Source: Dehalococcoidia bacterium
GTDB lineage: Bacteria > Chloroflexota > Dehalococcoidia > Lucifugimonadales > UBA1123
Reading direction: 5' to 3'
Assembly: GCA_021295915.1 (NCBI GenBank)
Contig: JAGWBK010000005.1
Coordinates: 23,251-87,250, forward strand
DNA: 64,000 nucleotides
Shown: one piece after another, positions 19,300 to 29,435 of the stretch
Layout of the letters: each line of letters opens with the position of its first letter
Position numbering within the stretch: position 1 is the stretch's first letter
Notes under the pieces: generated by a model
What the model was told of the DNA's origin: nothing
Seen by the model: the letters and a program-made list of their open reading frames with translations, nothing else
The model's database searches: none
Position numbers and translations under genes: made by a program

Positions 19300-20631
19300 C
19301 TAGTCAGGAGTAGCGCTCCAGACGGTGAAGTTGCCTCCGAGTGGCATGGGGCCTCCGGAGACTGTCACCTCTGGCTTGACACCCGTGACCTGCCGCGCTC
19401 CGGCGCGTCCCTGCAGCTGCTGGATGGAGTCTGTGTGCATCCAGAACCGGCTGCGTCCGCTGCCTATGTTGCCTCCGCTGGGCAGAATCGGATTTGGCCC
19501 CTCGATCGATATGTCGGTCTGGTAGAAGTCCAGGGCGTCTCCGAATCCCATTCCTCGGTAACCAAGACCTTCAACGTGGAACTGGTGGAACTGGGCAAAG
19601 CCGTCGTACATGTTCTCGAAGGAGAGATCGTCGGCGGTGATTCCCGCGCTCTCGTAAATCTTCCGACCCGTGCTGGCGGTTTCCGCTTCGACCTCTTCCA
19701 GGGTCGGCGTGAGACTTCTCGGCCTGCCGCGGCTGGAGGCGTGTCCAAGTATGTACACGGGCTTCTGCTTCATGTCCTGGGCCCGTTCTGCCGTCGTGAA
19801 CAGGTAGGCAGCCGTGCACATGATGGGAATGTCGTTGTCGAACAGGTTCGCAGGCTTCGCTATCCAGCGCGAAGTCAGGTAGTCCTCCGCAGGAAGTTCC
19901 TCTGGCCTGTGCTGGGCCCAGTATCCCTCGGGGAACATCAGCCCGTTGCGCCTGGAATTCTCCATGAAGGGGGCCATCATGTCATGATGTTTACCATACT
20001 TCGTGCAGTACTGGGCGAACTGCAGGGCAGTGCCGTAGCAGCCAGGAGGTCCCCACAGGGACCGGCCAACGCCAAGAGCATAGTTGCCGGGTACTTCGTC
20101 GGCCGCACTGATGCCGCCGTGGTTATATCGGCCCTCGTAGTTATGCCAGCCCTTCACCACCAGGCACGTGTTGGCGAGGCCGTCACCGATTGCCTGAGCG
20201 GCCACAGTGATGGCAGCCGACATACAGCCCGGCGCGTGCATTTTGAACTTGACGTTAGTCAGTTCCGGCATGTTCTCCTCAAGCCAGTCGGCGCTGAGCT
20301 GACCGATGCCGTCTAGCGGGTCGTCCGTCTGGTTAAAGGCGTTGACCACATCCATGGGCAAGGGCGTACCTTCCGGCCAGGGAGCTCCAGTCGTAGTGAC
20401 AGGGACTATAACGAGTCCATCTACCTGGTCAGGGCTGACACCGGCGTCTTCAATAGCCTGGCGCATCGACTGGATGCTGCCCGCGCCAACGGTTGTTTCT
20501 GGCCTGCCGTCCCAACGGCGGGCGGTTGGCGAGTGGCCGACGCCGACTGCCGCAACCTTTCCTCGGTGTTCCCACACGCCGAGTCCCTCGACTGATCTGT
20601 ACATAGATTCAGGGGCATCTATCGTGGTCAT
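19300..20631 (-). CDS. Thiolase-like (SCP-x/lipid-transfer type) protein
   Basis: 443-aa ORF with a thiolase-fold-like layout. It sits immediately downstream of a DUF35 OB-fold/zinc-ribbon gene, which is the classical thiolase-DUF35 pair. An AAGGGAG RBS precedes the ATG. Confidence 0.75.
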   Translation of the reverse strand: MTTIDAPESMYRSVEGLGVWEHRGKVAAVGVGHSPTARRWDGRPETTVGAGSIQSMRQAIEDAGVSPDQVDGLVIVPVTTTGAPWPEGTPLPMDVVNAFNQTDDPLDGIGQLSADWLEENMPELTNVKFKMHAPGCMSAAITVAAQAIGDGLANTCLVVKGWHNYEGRYNHGGISAADEVPGNYALGVGRSLWGPPGCYGTALQFAQYCTKYGKHHDMMAPFMENSRRNGLMFPEGYWAQHRPEELPAEDYLTSRWIAKPANLFDNDIPIMCTAAYLFTTAERAQDMKQKPVYILGHASSRGRPRSLTPTLEEVEAETASTGRKIYESAGITADDLSFENMYDGFAQFHQFHVEGLGYRGMGFGDALDFYQTDISIEGPNPILPSGGNIGSGRSRFWMHTDSIQQLQGRAGARQVTGVKPEVTVSGGPMPLGGNFTVWSATPD

Positions 20632-20713
20632 CTCATTACTCCCTTGCGGTTTCGAGTGTCAGCTTGATTGTGTTGTGGGACAGATGGCTTCAGTGACGCT
20701 TAGATGCTCGCGT

Positions 20714-21142
20714 TCAGCCTACAACCTGCCACTCGGGCACCTTCTGGCCGTTGGCGGTCGCTTCGAAGATGACCTTCACGGCACCACCAACGGGCACTTC
20801 GTCGATTGGTGTGCCTGGCAGTGAGGAATACATCTGGACGCCAGGATCTTCCTCCAGCGTGATGACAGCCAGGTTGTACGGCTGGTCCTCCTGAAGAAGC
20901 CTGATCGGACAGTCATACACGACACAGTAATTGTATATCGTGCCCCGACCGCTCATCTGCTTCCACTCGAGATTGTCACCCGAGCCGCATCCACCGCAGT
21001 CCGGCAGTGGAGGGTTTTGGAGCCGGTCGCAGGCGGTGCAATTCTGTATTACCAGTCTGCCTTCGTTCGCAGCTTCCCAGAATGGTCCAGTCAGCTCATC
21101 TGGAACCACACCCTGCTTAACCATGTTCTCCTCCCAATGCAA
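20714..21142 (-). CDS. Zn-ribbon/OB-fold DUF35 protein (partner of thiolase-like enzymes)
   Basis: 142-aa ORF with a rubredoxin-like zinc ribbon (CTACDRLQNPPLPDCGGCGS) followed by an OB-fold segment. Confidence 0.85.
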   Translation of the reverse strand: MHWEENMVKQGVVPDELTGPFWEAANEGRLVIQNCTACDRLQNPPLPDCGGCGSGDNLEWKQMSGRGTIYNYCVVYDCPIRLLQEDQPYNLAVITLEEDPGVQMYSSLPGTPIDEVPVGGAVKVIFEATANGQKVPEWQVVG

Positions 21143-21286
21143 ATTGTCGAATACCGAAAGTCGGTCTTGCGACCCTCACAGATAATAATGCAGTCAGGCG
21201 GAGATGCCAACCGCACCCCCCAGCCGAAGTCTCATGCCCTAATCTTCGGTTAGAGGATCTCAAGGGCCACTGGGGCCACTGACTGC

Positions 21287-23296
21287 TTACTCTTCAAATG
21301 TGAACTGGGCTGTACGCCGCCAGAGGTCCACGCCATGCAGGCGAAGTGTGACCTCGGAACCTGCCGACACAGAGCCCGGAAGCGCGGCAAGGGTACGGAA
21401 GGGCCACTCTGAAAGTTCCAGGAGAGCGGAGCGACGGCCAGCGTTCTCCAGGACGAAGGCCTGGTGGACAGCATCTCCGTTCTCTGCCACCGTGTTCATC
21501 CTGCGGCTGTCCAGCCACTTAAGGAAGAAGTAACTGCGCCGGTTGTTCTCAATCCGGGAGATCTGCCTGATCTGCATGTCGGCCCGGTGCGCCACGGAGG
21601 TAACCGCCTCCTCATCGTAGAGTGTTCCTGACTCTCGCAGGTGATGTGAGATCTGACGCTGGACCAGCAGGTCCGGATAACGTCTCAGAGGAGACGTCGC
21701 CTGTGTGTACGCGTCGACGCCCAGCCCTCCGTGTCGTCCGGGCTTCACGCTGACGGTGGCTGCTGTCAGTCGTCTGGTCATCAGGAATGCCCGAAGTGGC
21801 CCCTCTGGAACCTGAGAGATTATGTCGGACATATCCGGCAGCGCCTGAGACCGAAACGGTGCGGGCAGCTCGTTTTCGACGCAATACCGTGCGAGCAGTG
21901 AGTTGCACAGGACCATGCACTCCTCGATCAGGCCGCGAGCGGGCGCGAGCCGGGGCACCACTCGTACGCTGATTGTACCGCAACTATTCACCTTCACCGA
22001 TAGCTCGTCTCTGTCCAGGCTCAACGCACCGCCGGCGTCTCGCGCAGCCCTCAGTGATCTCGCCAGCCGGTGCAGGGTGTGCAGTTCAGCGTGAAGCGGG
22101 TGAGATGAGTCTTGAATAGCGGAGTCGGCTTCCTGGTATGACAGCGCATGGTCGCTGCGAATGACTGATTTCACAACATTCCAGGTGTTCACGTCCCCGT
22201 CTTCAGTCATGTCGACCAGAACACTGACCGCGGCTCTTGACTCTCCGGGGTTTAGACTTCCCGAGCCTGCGGACACTGCAGCGGGCAGCATGCTGATGGT
22301 CTGCTCGGGTAGGTACAGCGACGACATCCTGCGATCTGCCTCGACATCGAGGGCTGACCCCGCATCGATAAGGGCGCCCGCGTCCGTGATGTGAATGCCG
22401 ATTCGGTACAGGCCTGTTTCAATAGTCTCAACAGAGAGAGCGTCGTCCCTGTCTCGCGTGTCTGCGTCGTCAATCGTGATCGTCAGCAGGCCCGTTAAGT
22501 CGCTCCGGTCACGGTCTGCCAGCAGCTGGGCCTGGTCAGTACGTCCTGCCTCCTCGAGTGCCTGTTCAGCAAACTCGGTTGGGATGTCGTTCCGACCCAG
22601 GTCCAGGTGCTCGTCGGCATCCACGACCTCAAGTGCAACAAGCTTATCGAATGCCGCGCGCTGAAGGTCGCGACCGCGCACTCCTGCGTTCTCAAGGAAT
22701 CGCTTAACGAAACCAGCCCTCGAGTAGTCGTCCCCGTGCAGAACGAAGTCCCTGATCTGTCCGAGGACTTGGGACTGAAATTCAGTCAGTGACTCCGGTA
22801 AGTGACCGTCCCGGAACGCGCCTGTCAACTCGTCAGCGTCTGCCGTACGTTGCTGCTGCCGCTGCCTTCGATCGGTCATTGCCTCGACGGTTTCTCGGTC
22901 CCTGGGAATGAAGTGAGTGCCGTCACGGACGAACAGCAGGTCGTCGTCGAGAACGTAGAGAAGAATCGCGACCGACTGCTGCGCTGAAGGCTCTTGGCCG
23001 AGGTAGAGCTCTCCGATATCGGAAAGCGTCAGGGCATCGCCGTCGTCGCAGACAACGTCCCAGACTTCCCCCAGGTCAAGGTCACTGAGTGCCGACTCCG
23101 ACTGAAGTCCGAAGTCCTCTACTGCCTCAAACCCAGCCGCCGTTACCCCTGTCTCGTAGATTACTCGCGACTGACTAAGTCTGGCCTCCCGGTTGCGGCC
23201 AATGGCAAGTCGGAGGCGATTTCCAACCGGTTCGATAACCCGGACCAGGCGCGGACCGGCGTCTAGCTGGACTAGGATGATTTCCCCTGGCTGCAT
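21287..23296 (-). CDS. RNB-domain 3'-5' exoribonuclease (RNase II/R family)
   Basis: 669-aa ORF with RNB catalytic motifs ITIDDADTRDRDDALSVE and YTQATSPLRRYPDLLVQRQI. Confidence 0.9.
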   Translation of the reverse strand: MQPGEIILVQLDAGPRLVRVIEPVGNRLRLAIGRNREARLSQSRVIYETGVTAAGFEAVEDFGLQSESALSDLDLGEVWDVVCDDGDALTLSDIGELYLGQEPSAQQSVAILLYVLDDDLLFVRDGTHFIPRDRETVEAMTDRRQRQQQRTADADELTGAFRDGHLPESLTEFQSQVLGQIRDFVLHGDDYSRAGFVKRFLENAGVRGRDLQRAAFDKLVALEVVDADEHLDLGRNDIPTEFAEQALEEAGRTDQAQLLADRDRSDLTGLLTITIDDADTRDRDDALSVETIETGLYRIGIHITDAGALIDAGSALDVEADRRMSSLYLPEQTISMLPAAVSAGSGSLNPGESRAAVSVLVDMTEDGDVNTWNVVKSVIRSDHALSYQEADSAIQDSSHPLHAELHTLHRLARSLRAARDAGGALSLDRDELSVKVNSCGTISVRVVPRLAPARGLIEECMVLCNSLLARYCVENELPAPFRSQALPDMSDIISQVPEGPLRAFLMTRRLTAATVSVKPGRHGGLGVDAYTQATSPLRRYPDLLVQRQISHHLRESGTLYDEEAVTSVAHRADMQIRQISRIENNRRSYFFLKWLDSRRMNTVAENGDAVHQAFVLENAGRRSALLELSEWPFRTLAALPGSVSAGSEVTLRLHGVDLWRRTAQFTFEE

Positions 23297-23377
23297 AGGA
23301 GCTATTCCCTGGGCGGCTGACTGGTTCCGAGGCGCTCGCCGGAGTGCATTAGTGGCGAAACGGAACTTGACTCGACG

Positions 23378-24460
23378 TTATGCCGGGGTCGGCAGCCTGG
23401 GAACTACCTCCTTGACCAGGAGCTCCATGGAGCGCACCCAGCTATCGTATGGCTGCCATTCGTGGCCCATCGCAAGCAGTACGCCGAAACCTCCCACGTC
23501 GTCGTAGAGCGTGCCCAATTTCTCAGTCACTTCGTCTGGGCTTCCAACGACGAACACATTGTCTATGAGGTATTCTGCGTCGACGTCCGAGTCAGGCATG
23601 TCAGGATCGACCTTGAACAGGTCCGTCATCCCCAATTTAGGCATGAGCTTCAGGAAGTACTGCTCGAAGTCGCGCCTGAGCACACCGTTCAATGCCTCCT
23701 CACGGGCTTGTTCGGACGTCTCGGCCACGTAGATCTCTCTCGCGATCCGCCAGTCTGCCCGGTTAGGAGTCTGCCCCGTGTTTTCGGCCCCCTTTTCAAC
23801 CGCGTCCCAGTGGGTACTGAGAATTCGCGACGGCACGAGGTTGATGCTCATGGGAATCCATCCCCGTTCGCCAGCCAGTATCAGCGTATCCGAGTTGGGT
23901 GACACGCCGGCGACTCCGATAGGAGGGTGAGGCTTCTGGTAGGGAGTAACGTGAAAACGTAGACCGAAGTCATCCACAGGTTCCGGGATGGTGAACTTCC
24001 AGAACTCGTTCTCATAGGTGCCGGGCTTTGGGTCATTCCAGATTTCCAGGATTAAGTCGATGGAGTCGCGCGTCATCCTCCTGTGCCCATCACCGCGAGG
24101 GTCGAAACCGAACACCTCGAAGTCACCAGGGAATCCACCGGACCCGACTCCCCACTGGAACCGCCCCTTGGCCATGTGGTCTAGCTGGGCAATCCGGTGT
24201 GCAATCATGAACGGGTTGTGGTTGGGCATACAGGTCACGCCGGTCCCGAGCTTGATGTTACTCGTGCGCGCCAGCGCATTGGCGATGAACATGTCAGGGG
24301 CCGGGATGTTCTCCCACACTGTCGTGAAGTGCTCGCCAATCCACGCCTCTGAATAGCCCAGGCTGTCGAGGACCTCGATCTGGTGGAGGTCGTCCTCAAG
24401 GGTCTGCGTGATGTCAGACCCCGGAGGGTGCAGCGGCATAGTGAAGAATCCGACCTGCAT
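23378..24460 (-). CDS. LLM-class (luciferase-like) flavin-dependent oxidoreductase
   Basis: 360-aa ORF with an LLM-type N-terminus (MQVGFFTMPLHPP ... LDSLGYSEAWIGEHF) and TIM-barrel-like periodicity. Confidence 0.85.
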   Translation of the reverse strand: MQVGFFTMPLHPPGSDITQTLEDDLHQIEVLDSLGYSEAWIGEHFTTVWENIPAPDMFIANALARTSNIKLGTGVTCMPNHNPFMIAHRIAQLDHMAKGRFQWGVGSGGFPGDFEVFGFDPRGDGHRRMTRDSIDLILEIWNDPKPGTYENEFWKFTIPEPVDDFGLRFHVTPYQKPHPPIGVAGVSPNSDTLILAGERGWIPMSINLVPSRILSTHWDAVEKGAENTGQTPNRADWRIAREIYVAETSEQAREEALNGVLRRDFEQYFLKLMPKLGMTDLFKVDPDMPDSDVDAEYLIDNVFVVGSPDEVTEKLGTLYDDVGGFGVLLAMGHEWQPYDSWVRSMELLVKEVVPRLPTPA

Positions 24461-24613
24461 CTCGCATCTCCATGTCGTGACTGCGGTTTCTCGGTGAGAG
24501 TCGCCCTGCGCTGACCAACTCTCCCGAATTGCTGCCTGAATGTTATCAGATGCCTTGCTTCTAAACGATCCGGTGTAGACTCTAGCGGATTGAAAATCAC
24601 AGTGGAGTAATCA

Positions 24614-25726
24614 ATGAACAGCAAAGACCAGAGCGCCCTGGATATTCTGAAAGACCTCGGAGAACGTCCTGCTGCGCCATTTCACGAGGAGCCAGTCGCG
24701 ACATACATCTTTAGTCGGCTAGCAGATCTCGGCTTGTCCCCACTCAGGGACGAGTTCGGCAACGTCATCGTCCACTACTCTAACTCCGATGCAGATGACC
24801 CTCCGATCGCCTTCGTCGCACACATGGACCATCCGGGTTTCGAAGTTGACGGGGTGGACGAAGTTGGCCCGGTCGGTGTCGCGCTAGGTGGAGTCCCGGA
24901 GGTCTCCCTTTCAAACCCGGCAGAGGTACTTGCGCTGATGCCGGATGGCCGGAGAGTACGAGGACGAACGGCTGAACTAGACGTAGAGTCCAGGAGAGTC
25001 CGTTTCGACCTCGACGAGGCCGTTGAGATCGTTCCCCCGGTTCCAGTGGTCTTCGATCTGCCGGACTTCGAATTGGACGGCAACTTCATCAGGATGCGGG
25101 CCGCTGACGACCTCGCCGGATGTGCCGCGGCGCTTTCCGCGATCGAACGACTTGTCGCGGTCGGCGCCGAGGCCAGCGTGTATGGCGTATTCACCCGAGC
25201 AGAAGAAGGTGGACTGTTCGGCGCGCGGTTGATGGCAGAGGCGCGGACTCTCCCAATGGAGACCTTTGTGGTATCCATTGAGTCCAGCCCGCTGATCCCA
25301 GGAATAGAGCAGGGCGGAGGTCCTGTTATTCGCACGGGTGATGCACTCTTCACGTTCGACGCGGATGCAGAGCAGGTGATGATTGTCGCCCGCGAGTCTA
25401 TCCGCGCCAGGAATCCCGACTTCAAGTCCCAGCGCCAGCTTATGAGTGGTGGAGTGTGTGAAGGGACCGCCTTCGCGGTCTGGGGCTACCGGGCTACGGG
25501 GATGGCGTTCCCGCTTGGAAACTACCACAACGCTACAACGGGAATTCGAGATCCCAACTCAGGCATAGGTGCTGAGTTCATTCGCGTGGAGGACTTCCTT
25601 GGTGGCGTCGAGTTGCTTGCTGAGGCCGCGGTCAGCGTCTCGAAACGCCACGACTCGCCTGCGCGGGAGAGAGTGCGGGAAGTCCCAGCCGATGTGCGTG
25701 CTCGTATGACGCGCCCTACGACTTGA
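24614..25726 (+). CDS. M42-like (M20/M28-related) metallopeptidase
   Basis: 370-aa ORF with FVAHMDHPGF, ADDLAGCAA and TRAEEGGLFGA motifs that resemble the metal ligand blocks of M42 aminopeptidases. Confidence 0.6.
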   Translation: MNSKDQSALDILKDLGERPAAPFHEEPVATYIFSRLADLGLSPLRDEFGNVIVHYSNSDADDPPIAFVAHMDHPGFEVDGVDEVGPVGVALGGVPEVSLSNPAEVLALMPDGRRVRGRTAELDVESRRVRFDLDEAVEIVPPVPVVFDLPDFELDGNFIRMRAADDLAGCAAALSAIERLVAVGAEASVYGVFTRAEEGGLFGARLMAEARTLPMETFVVSIESSPLIPGIEQGGGPVIRTGDALFTFDADAEQVMIVARESIRARNPDFKSQRQLMSGGVCEGTAFAVWGYRATGMAFPLGNYHNATTGIRDPNSGIGAEFIRVEDFLGGVELLAEAAVSVSKRHDSPARERVREVPADVRARMTRPTT

Positions 25727-25740
25727 GTGTCTGGACGGAG

Positions 25741-26400
25741 TTAGTCCGCCTCGCTGACGTCCCAGCCGTCGAGTACCCAGTAACCCACCCTGGGCAGATC
25801 AGAAACAGTCGACAGTCCCTGGGCCCTCTTGAGTCGCTGGATATTGAACAGGTGGGTGATCTCCTCGAAGTAGACGTGACGAATCGATCCTTCCATCTGC
25901 ATGTTCACCGTGCTGGGATCCTCCGTGGGAGTGACGGCAGTTGGATGAGCCTTGATCATCAGCCCCCAACTTTCGTTGAGTGTCACAGTGACTGAGTGTG
26001 CCCTGAGGAAGCCGACGTTGCGCTCGCTGAGCACCCGGCGAGTCAGGTCGATTCCCTCTTGCAGCTTGCTGAGGATGACCGGCAGGTCGTAATACTTCGT
26101 TTCGTCCATACGCCGGTCGAAAGGAGAAGCTGCCAGCCCGTCGACGTCCTCGACTCCGTGTTCGCCATCAGGGAAAGTCACGTCTCCCCAGCGAAGAATC
26201 AGCCACCGGTATATCAGGGATGCCATGTGACTTAGCTGTACACGGATGCTCCACTCTGCCCAGCCGTAGTCGTCGGATGTCCAGTTGAGCTGCTCATCGG
26301 TCAGACTTTCGACCTCGTTTGCGATCAGCTCGTAGAGAGCGTCGTACTCGGGAAAGAGCGCAGATGCTGGTGACTCGTCTGTGATCGGCTGGTTGGTCAT
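25741..26400 (-). CDS. DinB-family (DinB_2-like) four-helix-bundle protein
   Basis: 219-aa ORF. The N-terminal LTDEQLNWTS ... WSIRVQLSHMASLIYRW pattern resembles DinB-like metal-binding helices. The assignment is tentative. Confidence 0.45.
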   Translation of the reverse strand: MTNQPITDESPASALFPEYDALYELIANEVESLTDEQLNWTSDDYGWAEWSIRVQLSHMASLIYRWLILRWGDVTFPDGEHGVEDVDGLAASPFDRRMDETKYYDLPVILSKLQEGIDLTRRVLSERNVGFLRAHSVTVTLNESWGLMIKAHPTAVTPTEDPSTVNMQMEGSIRHVYFEEITHLFNIQRLKRAQGLSTVSDLPRVGYWVLDGWDVSEAD

Positions 26401-26402
26401 GA

Positions 26403-27383
26403 CTAGATTCCCTTCAGGGCGATCTTGAGATGTTCCATTGAGAGGTTTCCTCCGCTCAGGACAATCGCGACCTTCTTGCCCTCGAGGCGGTCCTTTATCT
26501 TGATCGCTCCCGCGAGTGACGCGGCGCCAGCATGTTCCACCAGGTTGTGAGTCTGCTCGAGGTGCGTGACGATCGCCTGGTTCATCTCGTCTTCTGTCAC
26601 AAGGATGAAGTCGTCCAGATGTTCACGCAGAATGCTGAGGGGGAGTTCGTACCCGGTACCCGTGGCCAGTCCCTCGGCTGATGACCTCATGGGAGCTTCG
26701 ACTATGTGCCCCTCTCTCCACGACAGGTACACGGCGGGCGCCTGCTCGGCCTGAACGCCGATTACCTGTATGTCAGGATTTATCGACTTCGCAACGATGC
26801 AAACGCCGCTCGCACCACTGCCACCGCCAACCGGGACGACGATGACGTCCACGTCTGGCAGGTCTTCCAGGATCTCCAGGCTATACGTGCCCACACCAGC
26901 GATCAGGTTTGGCTCATTGACGGCGTGGACGTAGCGGTATCCCTCTTCTTTCGACAGACGCTCGATGTACTCCCGTGATTCGTCGAAGTATTCACCATGA
27001 TGGATCACCTTGGCGCCTAGATTGCGCATCGAGGCGACCTTTCCGGGGTTGGCGTTCATTGGGACGGCTACGTACGCCTTCGAACCGAACACGCTCGCAG
27101 CATATGCGATTGACTGGCCGTGGTTGCCGCTGGATGCCGTCGCGACCCCGCGTTCCAACTCGGACTCAGAGAGCTGAGACAGCAGGTTGATCCCGCCTCG
27201 CATCTTGAATGCGCCCAGACGCTGGTGGTTCTCATGCTTGACATGGACCTCCTCCGCGCCGATCAGCTTCTCAAGTCCGATATAGCGGTGGAGCGGAGTC
27301 CGGGTTACGTAACCTTCTATGCGCCCTTTGGCCTGGATAACGTCATGAAGTGTGGGTGCGTTCAACTGATACCTCTGGTTCAT
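26403..27383 (-). CDS. PLP-dependent threonine/serine dehydratase (threonine ammonia-lyase family)
   Basis: The PLP lysine motif is HENHQRLGAFKMRGG. Also present are SSGNHGQS and the glycine loop PVGGGSGASG. I chose the ATG at 27383 (MNQRYQL). The ORF track extends to a TTG at 27443 that has no RBS. Confidence 0.8.
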   Translation of the reverse strand: MNQRYQLNAPTLHDVIQAKGRIEGYVTRTPLHRYIGLEKLIGAEEVHVKHENHQRLGAFKMRGGINLLSQLSESELERGVATASSGNHGQSIAYAASVFGSKAYVAVPMNANPGKVASMRNLGAKVIHHGEYFDESREYIERLSKEEGYRYVHAVNEPNLIAGVGTYSLEILEDLPDVDVIVVPVGGGSGASGVCIVAKSINPDIQVIGVQAEQAPAVYLSWREGHIVEAPMRSSAEGLATGTGYELPLSILREHLDDFILVTEDEMNQAIVTHLEQTHNLVEHAGAASLAGAIKIKDRLEGKKVAIVLSGGNLSMEHLKIALKGI

Positions 27384-27584
27384 CGACCAGCTTAAGGCTG
27401 GCTTGGTTACAGGAGGCAGACTGTGAGGTTCTGCCCCGTTCAATTTCTGATGAGTCCAGCTTCAAACTGGACCGAAATCAGCATAAGGGTTTGCACTTAC
27501 TCAATGGAAGTTTAGTAACCCATTGAGTGATTCTCTCTGTGATAGGATTGGCCCAGGCTCGAATCCGGTTCAGGGGAGGCGAAT

Positions 27585-29240
27585 GTGGCTACTGCAGCAC
27601 CATCAAGACCACAGATCGATACTGGCAGAAGCACGGTGTATTCCAGCGGTGGCGTGGTGGTTTCGATTTCGCCGTTCGCAGCCTCAGCCGGAGCAAAGGT
27701 CTTGGCAGATGGCGGAAACGCATTCGACGCCGCCGTGGCCGTGGCCGCTGTAGAAGCGGTCACCGTACCACCGGCATGTGGAGTGGGCGGCGAGCCGTTC
27801 GTCATCATGCATGATGCGAAAACGGGCAAGGTCCACGGTCTGACAGGGAGCGGACGCGCACCCCTGGCGGCCAATCGCGACTTCTTCGTCGAACGCGGTC
27901 ACAACTTCATGCCTCTTCAAGGTCCTCTTGCGGCAGCGATCCCGGGGGAAGTTCTCGCATGGGAGGAGATCGTCGAGCGTCATGGCTCACGATCACTGGC
28001 ACAGTTGCTGGGACCAGCCATCGGTTATGCCGAGGAGGGCTTTCCCATCAGTGACCAGCTTGGCGGTGGCTTCGACGTCCTGAACGCCAAGCTGGCTCAG
28101 TTCCCAGACTCAAGGGACATCTTCACGAATGACGGCAGCCCCCTGCTGGCAGGTCAGTTACTCGTGCAGAAGAACCTCGCCAAGACCCTGCGTACCGTCG
28201 CTTCTGGCGGTGCTGAGGCTTTCTACAAGGGCGATATCGGTAGAGAAATGGCGCGCGCCATCCAGGCCGCCGGTGGACTGTACACCGCCGAGGAGATAGC
28301 CGATCACCAGAATATCTGGTACGAGCCGCCTATCTCCACGACATATCGCGGCAACACTGTTTACGAGACGGCCCCGCCATCTCAGGGCCTCGTGCTGCTG
28401 GAAATGCTCAACATCCTGGAGGGTTACGACGTCTCAAGTCTCGGTTTCTATAACGCCGAGGCGGTGCACACTATGGTCGAGGCGAAAAAGCTGGCCTTCG
28501 CTGACCGCAATCGCTACGCGGGCGATCCAGAGTTCGTATCAACGCCCGTGGACGAACTCATCTCGAAGAGGTTCGCCACCCAGCGCAGGCAGCTGATAAC
28601 TTCACAATCAGGCTCGTACGAAGCTGGCCCAATCGCCACGCCGATACCTGGCGACGGCAATACCAGCTACTTCTGCGTCGTGGACGCAGAGGGCAACGCT
28701 CTCTCATTCATTCACAGCCTGTCTATGGGATTCGGAAGCGGCTTCGTCGCAGGTAACACCGGCGTCCTGCTGAACAACCGAATTGGTCGTGGTTTCAGCC
28801 TTGTGGATGGACACCCCAACGTCATCGAAGGCGGCAAGCGCACCATGCACACGCTGAACGCGTACATGGTCATGCGCGACGACAGGCCCTACCTCGTGGG
28901 AGGGACGCCTGGTGGCGACAGGCAGATTGCGTGGAATGCGCAGGTCATCACCAATGTGCTCGACCATGGCATGTCGGCGCAGGAAGCTGTGGAGGCCCCC
29001 AGGTGGGCCTCATTCCCCAGCACCGACCCTCACGACGTAGACAAGCCGTTCGTGATCGAGCTGGAAGAGGGAATGGAGCAGGCCGACATCGACGAGTTGG
29101 AGGCCAGGGGCCACACTGTTGAGGTCAATCAGGGCCGCGCCTTCGGCGGTTCCGCGAAGCTGATAGTAATCGACCCCGCCACCGGCATCCGGACCGCAGG
29201 CTCCGACCCCAGAACCGACGGCCACGCCGCACCTGTGTAA
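27585..29240 (+). CDS. ggt: Gamma-glutamyltransferase family protein (no signal peptide visible)
   Basis: 551-aa ORF preceded by GGGGAGG. It has the autoprocessing/nucleophile motif GDGNTSYFCVVD, plus GGTPGGDRQ and AEAPRW motifs. Confidence 0.9.
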   Translation: MATAAPSRPQIDTGRSTVYSSGGVVVSISPFAASAGAKVLADGGNAFDAAVAVAAVEAVTVPPACGVGGEPFVIMHDAKTGKVHGLTGSGRAPLAANRDFFVERGHNFMPLQGPLAAAIPGEVLAWEEIVERHGSRSLAQLLGPAIGYAEEGFPISDQLGGGFDVLNAKLAQFPDSRDIFTNDGSPLLAGQLLVQKNLAKTLRTVASGGAEAFYKGDIGREMARAIQAAGGLYTAEEIADHQNIWYEPPISTTYRGNTVYETAPPSQGLVLLEMLNILEGYDVSSLGFYNAEAVHTMVEAKKLAFADRNRYAGDPEFVSTPVDELISKRFATQRRQLITSQSGSYEAGPIATPIPGDGNTSYFCVVDAEGNALSFIHSLSMGFGSGFVAGNTGVLLNNRIGRGFSLVDGHPNVIEGGKRTMHTLNAYMVMRDDRPYLVGGTPGGDRQIAWNAQVITNVLDHGMSAQEAVEAPRWASFPSTDPHDVDKPFVIELEEGMEQADIDELEARGHTVEVNQGRAFGGSAKLIVIDPATGIRTAGSDPRTDGHAAPV

Positions 29241-29298
29241 AGCTCAAGAGGGCATTCCAGTAGGCTTCAGTTCACGGCTCTCTTTATGCACCGGTCAG

Positions 29299-29314
29299 AT
29301 GTTTCATGAAACAT
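29299..29314. promoter_or_regulatory. Perfect 16-bp palindrome ATGTTTCATGAAACAT (candidate operator)
   Basis: The sequence is exactly self-complementary and lies immediately 5' of the -35 hexamer below. A related half-site, ATGTTCAT, occurs at 29331-29338 inside the promoter spacer. Confidence 0.5.
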
Positions 29315-29343
29315 TTGACAGACCCAAGGAATGTTCATATAGT
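29315..29343 (+). promoter_or_regulatory. Near-consensus sigma-70 promoter of the ABC importer operon
   Basis: TTGACA (29315-29320), a 17-nt spacer, then TATAGT (29338-29343), about 90 nt upstream of the SBP start. Confidence 0.6.
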
Positions 29344-29435
29344 TCGGCAACATAAGACAAACCCCGGAGGATTTCGCAACACCAAGAAGTAACGTAAGCC
29401 GATACTCATTGAGATCTCCAGCAGAGAGGTAGCCG

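Noticed and set aside
27499-27528. 9-bp inverted repeat ACTCAATGG-N12-CCATTGAGT between the threonine dehydratase and ggt genes, considered as an operator.
   Set aside because: I did not promote it to a finding. It has a single occurrence, sits at an ambiguous position relative to weak promoter candidates, and could equally be a 5' UTR hairpin. It is worth including in a genome-wide motif scan.
27556-27566. T-loop-like GGCTCGAATCC upstream of ggt, which suggested a tRNA.
   Set aside because: The flanking bases do not form a T-stem, and no acceptor, D or anticodon arms can be built. The motif overlaps the ggt RBS region.
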